Shown: one piece after another, positions 45,422 to 54,144 of the stretch
How positions within the stretch are numbered: the first letter of the stretch is position 1
Layout: each line of letters begins with the position of its first letter
NCBI GenBank assembly: GCA_009602735.1
Contig: WELA01002318.1
Coordinates: forward strand, 186,434-240,577
Length of the DNA stretch: 54,144 bases
DNA from: Mesotaenium endlicherianum
Lineage: Eukaryota
Reading direction: 5' to 3'
Made by a program: the position numbers and the translations under genes
Notes under the pieces: generated by a model
Told to the model about the DNA's origin: nothing
Databases searched by the model: none
What the model saw: the letters and a program-made list of their open reading frames with translations, nothing else

Positions 45422-46125
45422 GTTTCCAAGGGTCGTGCGTCGGCAGAAAAAGGGCAACCTCGAGAACGAGTAGACCCGCGAAGGTTCGACACCGGCTTGG
45501 GGCCAGCGCATGCAGGCGGCATCGCCTGGATGCAGTTGCCCGCCGCACTGACAAGTGGCAAATATGCTTTAGCTACAATGCAAAAAGCAACGCGCTGGTT
45601 GCTTCCATGGACAAGAACTCCCGGCTTCGTGCGCTGTTCGTTGCTGACAACGATGCATGCGGGGCGTTATTTACATTTGCGCCTGCCATAGACGCTCTTG
45701 CGCTGACAGTTAACATATGCGCAACGTTTTCACGCACTCTAAGCGTCAACATCGACTAGAAAAGCAAGCTATTGACAATTGCGGCCGCGCGAGTGAGCTG
45801 CTGTCGTCCACACATACGTTCGTTGGCGTAGCGACTGACACGCGATTGCTGACGCAGTGCTATGCGCTCAGGTGCTCACACCTGGTGTCTCTGCACAGCA
45901 CGGGAACAAATGCCATGTGGCAGCCACCTTACTGCCGGTGCTTTGACAAGCTACGCAATACCGTCCGCACGCTCGCACGTCCGCACCTGACGATGATTGC
46001 GCAACGACAGTTGCAGGGGCAGTTGCCCTGCGCTGACACCTGTTGACAACTCTCATCCTTGCGCGCTCTGACACGTTGACAGGTGGCAAGTCTACGACCA
46101 GCGCAGCCCTGTCAAACATGACACG

Positions 46126-46844
46126 TGTGATGAATTAGTATACTACTAGATATAATATTCATTCACTTAGAATACTTAATTTAGTTCAGTTTATTGTACT
46201 TGATTTAATATTAAGTCTGTTGGACTTTTAGTCATATCCAACATAATGACTCAGCCGAGAGCAGCAAGCTGAAGTCAACATAGGACAGCTTGCTGACACA
46301 TTTTTTGACAGTCAGCTGACTGCCGTACTTGGTATTAGTGGACTACCTAGATATGCATCTAAGTGTGATATGCTAGATGAATGGCCAGATTAAACCTTTG
46401 GGTGGATGGCGATTCGGGATAATGGGAGATGGCTGTGAATTTAGTTAGCCGAGGTCCTACCGACGTGGTTAATTCTCGGGTAGGCGGTGCCATCGCTCTT
46501 GCCGTTGAACAGTAAACTCATTCCATGTACATAGGTTAGATTATGCTCCCGAGTTCGGCATTCGGAAACGAGGCCAACTCTCTTGCACCGTTTACTAGGA
46601 AAGATATGAATCCAAGACGAGAAGCCATTAGTGCGAAATGTCTTTTAACCTTGCTTATGTATGAGTTTACTAATTGCATGATTGATGCTCGTTTACTTGC
46701 ATTTGACTGATGAGTATTGCTTACGCTAGTCGTGTGGTCTTTTGCTGATTAATAAGTTAACGAGAAAATATCATAAAAACTATTTACTGATATAAAGATC
46801 TCTTGTTAATTGTCAATCGCTTATTGGTAAGTCGATTCATTTCA
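46126..46844 (+). mobile_element. Diverged solo LTR of the chromovirus family
   Basis: TGTGATGAAT...GATTCATTTCA termini. The flanks ACACG/ATGCG can both derive from ACGCG by CpG deamination. Confidence 0.88.
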
Positions 46845-46894
46845 ATGCGTGAGAGTCCGCAGATAAGGTTGTGGAGAGCCTTGCGCAAGTTGAA

Positions 46895-47243
46895 TGCGGT
46901 GGCATTACCTACTTGGGAGTTAAGCACGTCGATAAGACCTCAATTTACCAAATCCACATTTATTTCGCATCATTTTGAATCGGCATCTGTCGAAGATTTC
47001 ATCTAGCTATTCATCTAATGAGCACATTACAATAAATGTATTAGTAGCCAGTTCACTAGGTTCGCTTAAGATGGTTGATTGATTGTCAAAGAATGTGTGA
47101 AAGAACGGACAAGATAGACTTTTGCCTGCCACTGTTTGTTTAATCATTATACAAATCATAAGTTATATTAAAGGAGTGAGCCTAATTATATATTATAATT
47201 AACTAAGATCAATTGAAATTCTAATTTTCTTTAATCATTTACA
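46895..47243 (-). repeat. Highly degenerate partial chromovirus LTR
   Basis: GGGAGTTAAGCACGT, CCAAATCCAC and TGTCAAAGAATGTGT motifs; ends ...TTTACA. Confidence 0.6.
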
Positions 47244-48989
47244 GAGTGAGAAAAGGAGAGAAAGAGAGAAAGAGATGAAAGGACAGATAGTGAGTGAGTA
47301 AAATAAGATTTGTGTCCAAAATAGCAGATTCATATAAATTTGTAAGTGTAACAATTTGAACAATTTGAGCTTTTTAGGCGTATTTGGGACGTTTTCCTGA
47401 TTACCTAAAAAACGTTACACTATTCATCGATATATTATTGGACATGTGATTGCATCTTACTAAATTAATCGCCACACGCGTGTGCAGATTAATTCCTGGT
47501 CGATTGGCGAAACGACCAAGATGCTATTGCAAAAAGCATCGTAAAGTAATTTGCTTACTTTGCAATAGTACGACATAATTAATCATAACGTTACCTCAAT
47601 TGAATATGGAGGAATAAGGTAATTAATCAGTGATTACTTACTTTATATTTACTTTCATTATTGCGGATGTGATTGTCAATGTTTTTGATCAACGTCAGTC
47701 ATTAACCCGGGATAAAACACCTTTGAAGTGGCCATGTGCACGGAGAAATATCTGCTCGCAGATACGACTATACACATCACACACGTATCTATGCACAAAT
47801 GCTCAAAGTGTACGCATGTCCGTTTGCACTCATGTTGGCGTGCTTTCCATGCTCAGACGCATCGTTGCACGAATCCATGCACGCACGGGCGCACTCACAC
47901 ATGTACGCACTCACACATTACCCCCGCATGATAATCTTACCTTAGTGCTCTACCTATTGCCCAAGAGCAGCTTTAAATATAGAATATACGGTCACAAGCC
48001 GCCTGTACGTTCGCACGCATAGTTGCACGCACACACGTACGTACTCCCACCCGCACGTTTGCAAGCGTCGGTATGCTTCGAACAGTTCTAAGCAATTTTA
48101 AATATTTCGGGTGCACCGTGCTTGACGACCGCTTTCGTACCCGAATACCTCTCAATCCCCTGCACCATGCATGATGGTGAAGCTTTTTTGGTAGCGGGGT
48201 TCATTTTACTCCGCACGCTCGAGCCCTTCCCGAGGCGCACGGAAAAATGGAACCGAGGCGCACGGGCAAACGGCACCCGTCGAGATTTTCCACAAGCTGA
48301 GTCGATGTGCTTGGGCAAACGGCCGAAGACTTCACATTATAACGGAAAAAGCTTCGCCAGAGTAGCGAAGAGCCGAGAACACGTTTTTCGACGGAGTGGC
48401 GAAGGAAACCCAGTCGAATTTGGGAGTTTGGGTCGGAACAATAGAATGCCAAATGATAGTCCGGGTTTCAAGTCGAAGGGACATGCTCCAGAACGACGCG
48501 ATAACAAAAATTGATTACATACACCATTTTGTTTTGTGACACTCCTAGTCGCCCGTTCATCCAGCGACTTTCAACCTGCGAAGGGAATAGAGAGCTTCAG
48601 AAGAATACAGAATCTCCGAACCTCCCGGCCCTTCAAACCATAAGTCAATATCAGTCAATATGTACCCCTCAACTAGATGCTGCAGTGTTATAACATCTTA
48701 ATGGCCATGCATGTGCATTATTCAAGTTCCGGCTAACCTCTCTCTATGGCCTGTAGCTGCTGTACAAGCAATGTAATCACTGCCAGATGAAATTTCGTAA
48801 GGGCCGCATTAGTAGTGGGTCTCATGGAAAGAGTTATTATATTCAGAGTTTTCATCATGCATGCACATGTGCATACAGCTCTGGGGATCCTCTTATGTGC
48901 AGACAGACAGAAATATCTTAAAAGTTCAAGGAATATAAAAGTTGATGATCCTTATATAGCTACACCTAACCTTTTTTGAGGCCATCGAT

Positions 48990-51900
48990 ATGGGTACCAT
49001 GCAGATGGCACACAACGAGTAAGCTTGCGTCCCTTGCTAAATAATCATGATATGCACACACACACGCATCAAATATATATACAATGTATGTTTGTCTGCT
49101 GATTCAGCAAATGTATTATGCAGCTTCGACCTGTCCTGCTAACACCTTCAAATAATCCATGGTGTATATTTTTTTTTCTTTAATGCATGCTTGCAAATGC
49201 AGAAGGCAATAAGGCTGAACCTAGAGTTAGTAAGTAACAGGCTCTAACATATGCATCTTGGCCCTTAAATCCTGCTCTGGTTGTGCACTTGTTGACCATG
49301 TAAAAATCCCCATGCAACCATCTGCAAACTATAGACCCTCATGATGGCAAAGGCCACCCAGGCCTTCTTTAGAGGGGCCCAGACTTAGTCCAACTCTGCG
49401 ATCTTTTGCGCATATGCAGCCATATAACTTGCATGGGTATATATAGCATACGCATGTAGTGGAAGCTTGACTATGTATTCATGTGTCAAGTGACATGCAC
49501 GCATACGGCAGATCAAGTGAGTGCCAGCTAGGGTTTTGGTCACTTCCCGCAGAAGCTCGCTTCCTCGTCAACTGACTGACACATGTGCATGCATGTATGG
49601 CATGCATGCATGCGTGCAGATCCATCATGGTAGCCTTACCAGACATAAAAGAGACCATGCAGTGCCCCATTTGCCTAGGTGGGAAAACTCGGGCCCTCAA
49701 CATGCACCGAACCTGGTCTGCTTTTTGCTTAGCAACCTCGCCCAAGGCCCTTAAATCTTCCCTCCTCTCAGAATACACCTGTGTGCCCTCAACTTTGTGG
49801 GGAAGAAACAGGAGACAGTCTCGTGTCTGTGCATGTGTGCATGTGTGTGTGCATGTGTGTATGTGTGCGTTGTGTGTGTGCTTGGGTGTGCAGTTCAAGT
49901 GGCATATGTCGAGGCCTCTTTGAGGGGAAAATGGAGGTATAGGTCTAGGGGAGCAGAAGGCGGAGAGGAGAGGGAGAAGGTGAGGGGACAGAGAAAGAGA
50001 GAAGAAGTCAGGACGAAGGGAGTTCTGACTTTGACAACGTCTGGGACCCCTGGCCTATGGTATCCCTTGGGCTTGGCAGGGTTTAGGGTTCAAGTGCCCC
50101 ACCCTACTGCGAGAAAGCTACATGAAGCCTTTCAACCTCCAACCTCTGTTTCTGTATCAGATGCCTAAGCTCCCCCACCTAGGCCTGTCACATGCCCACC
50201 CTCCCTGCCTTCTGCCTCTCTACCCCTCCTCTCCCGCCCCTCTTGCCCTTGGCTCCCACAAATTTTTCAAATCATTTCCAACAGGGGGAGACGATAGCAT
50301 TTGCTGTGGAAAAAAGGAGCCGGCTTCTGGCTGCGGCAGGTGTGTGGAATTTAGGGTTTCAGTGGTGAAGGAGTTTATGGGAGTCGGAAATTTCTCAGGA
50401 TACAGGTCTACGGGTTTTTTCAGATCCCTATGCTCCTTCCCTCCTCTGACTGTCGTGCTGCTCGGCTGCGCCAGCTCCCTCGCTTTTCTTTCTTGTCCCA
50501 AAATCTTATCAATATGAATGTCTCTCATCACGCGGCTGGACGGGGTGCGGGGGGCGGCGGGCGGGGGGCGGGATGGGCGGCGGTGCTGCTGAGGTGGCAG
50601 GGATCATTCGCAAGACGAGGGCTGTGATGGAGTGCTTGCACCGCTTTTGCCGCGCCTGCATCAACAAGTCCATGCGCCTCGGGTACTGCCGCCACCTGTC
50701 ACCTGCCGTCGCCACCTGCCACCTGCTGCCACCTGCCACCTGCTGCCACCTGTCACCTGCTGCCACCTGCCCCCGAACTCTGGAGCTCACGCATGTCCTT
50801 GCCCTCCCCCCCGCACGGGCAGAGGGGCTGGCTGTCTCTGGTTCTCGCAGGTTGATGTCTGGCGCAATAAAGGTCGTGCTGTTATAGTTTTTTGCACTAG
50901 TTGCCTGCCAGCTGTGCATCTGGGCCCCCTCTTGCCGTCTCTTACGGGTGGCGGGGATTCTGAGAATGCCAAACCTCACTGTGCGCATCTAGATCCTGAA
51001 GCACATGTGTGTGTGTGTGTGTGCGCGCGCGCGCGCATTCGGGCGAGCATGTCTTTGCAGCGCTGTATGCCGGAGGACACGAGGAAGAAGAATATTAATG
51101 GATTCACACACTGTTCTGAAACTGCAAAACCCGAGAGGAAGAGAGACATATTATCCCACATACTGCTCTGAATTGGCGTGTGCGCGAGACGTATCTGTGC
51201 ACATGTCAGTCTATGTTCACATTCGCACTGATACATATATATACACGTATATATATATCTATTTTTTTTTTTCAATATATGTCATGTATGTATATGTATA
51301 GATATTCAGATTAGCGTGTTCGCACTTGTGTATCACGTGCTGTACCCAAACGGCATTCAGGAGAAACGAGTGCCCGTCGTGCCGAGCCCATTGCGCCGGC
51401 AGGCGCGCCCTGAGAGCCGACCCCAAGTTTGACGCCCTCATTGCCGCCCTCTACCCGGACCTCGACAAATATGAGCACCAGGTCCCACCCCCCCCCCCGC
51501 CCCCCGCCCTCCACTAAGTCCTCTCCTCCTGCTCCTGATGATCCTCCTCCTGCTCCAACTCATGCTGCTGCTCCTCCTACTCTTGCTCCACCTCTCCTTG
51601 TTCTCTCCGTCTTCATACTTCTCGTCCTTTGGACCTTGCCTGTCGTCAGATGCTTTCCTGCAGACGAGTTTTGGCTTCATATTGGGGGCTGGTGACATCA
51701 GGGTGTTTACGGCGACGCTTGTTGACCGTAGGGTTTAGGGTCTCCTTTGGTTGCCAGCAGGATGAATGCACGAAATGCATGAGCTGCTACGCTGATTTGG
51801 GGTCTCCTTGCCAGGTGGCATGCTGCAATTTGCCGGGGCTTGTGCGGCTTATATGGGAGAAATTGTATCTCAAACAGCGGCTTTAGCTTTTCGCGCCCCA

Positions 51901-54144
51901 ACTCAGGCTTACAGTATTTCTAGAGGAGCCTGGTTGGCACACTTCCATCTTCATTTCCTTCCCTCGCACACCCATGCGCACAATCACACATGTGACATGC
52001 GCACACGCACATGCACACACACACACACACACNNNNNNNNNNNNNNNNNNNNNNNNNNNNNNNNNNNNNNNNNNNNNNNNNNNNNNNNNNNNNNNNNNNN
52101 NNNNNNNNNNNNNNNNNNNNNNNNNNNNNNNNNNNNNNNNNNNNNNNNNNNNNNNNNNNNNNNNNNNNNNNNNNNNNNNNNNNNNNNNNNNNNNNNNNNN
52201 NNNNNNNNNNNNNNNNNNNNNNNNNNNNNNNNNNNNNNNNNNNNNNNNNNNNNNNNNNNNNNNNNNNNNNNNCCCCCCCCCGGCCCCTTTTTACCCGGGC
52301 CTGGGCTAGGGCATCCATGCTTCTAACAAAAGTCAAAGAAAGTCAAATATTGCAAGCGTGGCCCCGCTGCAACTGCTGGCCAGAAGTCGAATAAGGCGTT
52401 GCCTTCAGGGTTTAGCGCCGGGGGCTGGGGATCAGGTCTTGGGGCTGAAGGAATTTTGGGCTTGGGGCCTCAAAGGATAAGCTCTCGCCTGCTATCAATG
52501 TATGTATATGTAGGGTTTTGGGGTTCGGGCTTAGCGGGCGGGTGTTTCTTTACCTTCCCTTGCTCGTTGCTCCCTTGAGAGACAGAGCAATGCTCGTGCG
52601 GTCAGAGAAGGGCACCCCTTTTGCCCGTCGCATCATGCACGACCTGGAACCCAATCTGCCCCCCCCCCTATTTCACGAACCTCACTTCAGTCTTCTCGCC
52701 CCGCTTCCCCGCCTCCGCGCCTCCGCGCCACCGTGCGTGCACGTGTGAGTGCGTGCGCGCCTTTGTTTTTCTCTCTTGGGGCGTGCGCAGGAGTTCAGCA
52801 TGCAGGAAAGCGACGCGCAGCAGAACAGGAAGGTGTGAACGCATATGTCCCCCAGTTGCTCCCCTCACTTCCAAAGCCCGTTTCATTTCCCCAGCTCTCG
52901 CCCTCGCCCTCGCCCTCCTCTCGCATAAACCTCCCCACTTGTTTGCTGCGCCTCCACCATCCCCCTGCTCACTGCAACTTACATTATCAGAACATTATAA
53001 ACGACACACACACGTACACGCACACCCATCTGCATGTATATACATCCATGCATGCACATGTACATACATATCGATACAAATTATTTGTGTTCCTTTGCGC
53101 ATAGCCACAAGAAAGAAGCGTCTTCCGACTACTTGAAAGTCGTGAAAGGCCCCAGTGCGTCCAAGAGTGGCCTTCCCGGCTTAACATCGTCATCAGTGGC
53201 AGAAGGGTAGCAGCAGTAGGGAATGGTAGACCTCGTGGGGGGGTGCATGCGTCTAGGGAGCTGGGAGAGGACCCGTGTGAGCATGTGCGCACGTTACACC
53301 CGCACGCGGGCGCACGCCCACACACACTGCAAACGCATGCACACGCACACGCACGCGCACATGCACGCGCACATGCACGCTTGCACGCGTCTTTCTACTC
53401 AACACGCATGTGCCAGTGAGCGCCAGGTGGCGCCTGGCGGCTTGCACACGCAGGCGTCGATCGTGGCGTGGAGCTCTCCTGGATCTCCTCTGTTTCGCAT
53501 CGTGATATCTCACATCCTTTAGGGGCCAGCGCTGCCAGACTGCTCCTCAAGCATGCAAACATCATCAATATTCTTTTTGTTTCTTTTCTTTTTCTCTCTG
53601 TCTGGCCGAGTCCGAACAGATCCAGGCGAGCATTGCGGGGACCGCGCGGCGCCAGCTGGCGGCCACTCTGGAGCAGCGCTGCGCTGCGTGGGACCTCAGC
53701 ATCGTCGACCGGCGAGGGCCGGGGCCCATTAGGCTCACGCCACGAGGGGCTGGTGGCAACGAGCGTGGGAGGGGAGGGGAGGACGAGGAGCGGGGAAAGG
53801 GTGATGTGGTGAGGAGGGAGGAGGAGGACGAGGAAGAGCAGGAGAAGAAGATGGGGGTGGGGGAGGAGGAGGAGGAAACGGAGGTGGAGGGGTGGAAGGG
53901 GATGGGGGAGAGGGAGGAAAAGCAGAGCGAGGAGTGGGGAGGGGGGGAGGGTGAGGGGGACGAGCAGGAGGAGAACGATGCGACGGATTGGAGGGCCCGG
54001 AAGGAGTGGAGGGTACTGGCCGGGAAGAGGGCGAGAAAACCAAAGTCCATGCCTCCTGACTTTGTAGATTGGAAACTCATGACTATGCGGGGTGTACCAA
54101 TCAAAAGCGAGGAGGAGGAGGAGGAGGAGGAGGAGAGGGGGGGC
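48990..54144 (+). CDS. RING1: PRC1 E3 ubiquitin ligase RING1 homolog, 5' part; exons ~48990/49005-49018 (tentative), 49620-49678, 50601-50682, 51361-51481, 52791-52832, 53620->54144
   Basis: The phase-consistent spliced product LPDIKETMQCPICL-GIIRKTRAVMECLHRFCRACINKSMRL-GRNECPSCRAHCAGRRALRADPKFDALIAALYPDLDKYEHQ-EFSMQESDAQQNRK-IQASIA matches the plant RING1a C3HC4 region as I recall it. The last exon is open to the window end. Confidence 0.9.

Larger units (their letters stand above)
27135..45470 (+). pseudogene. gag: Decayed gag of an older retroelement (pieces 27135-27248, 36130-36574, 45427-~45470), the target of both chromovirus insertions
   Basis: The frame continues across the element-1 site (IYREA|AEIFLQAIK). 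It has a zinc knuckle CWACDTIGHSCWDC (CX2CX4HX4C) at 36475-36516 and a degenerate second knuckle spanning the element-2 site. Confidence 0.6.
14874..48435. mobile_element. Outer long-TIR DNA transposon (element A), 7-bp TSD GAACAAT, carrying nested insertions
   Basis: The left end is CAACCCATACTCCC and the right end is GGGAGTTTGGGTCG. GAACAAT occurs at 14867-14873 and 48436-48442. The left TIR (14874-15023 plus 22605-~23130, split by element B) is an inverted repeat of ~47770-48435, with identity decaying inward. Confidence 0.9.

Noticed and set aside
50690..50772. CCACCTG tandem repeats (similar arrays at 813-863 and 9145-9215) as CRISPR-like or regulatory arrays
   Set aside because: Short intronic minisatellites without unique spacers, in a eukaryotic context.

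Overview
Eukaryotic, gapped genomic DNA, most likely from a streptophyte green alga (GC-rich exons, microsatellite-laden GT-AG introns, plant-type genes). There are three host genes: the 3' exons of an ARABIDILLO-like ARM-repeat gene (+), a complete 5-exon GH5 glucan 1,3-beta-glucosidase with fascin-like domains and a membrane anchor (-), and the 5' part of a PRC1 RING1 gene (+). The divergent GH5 and RING1 genes are separated by a 33.6-kb nested transposon island. Its outer shell is a long-TIR DNA element (14874-48435, 7-bp TSD GAACAAT). A related long-TIR element (15024-22597, 7-bp TSD GGAAAAT) is inserted into its left TIR. The island also holds a TRIM, many solo or degenerate LTRs, a decayed gag, and two full-length Ty3/Gypsy chromoviruses. 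The most notable signal is that both chromoviruses carry a ~556-aa third ORF in the env position. It has no signal peptide or transmembrane segment, starts right after a conserved branch point and splice acceptor, and is bracketed by duplicated PPTs. It is highly divergent between two otherwise near-identical elements, which suggests a swappable, spliced accessory-gene cassette. gag-pol is joined by a -1 frameshift signal (U_UUA_AAA plus hairpin). All of this was read by eye; no database searches were run.
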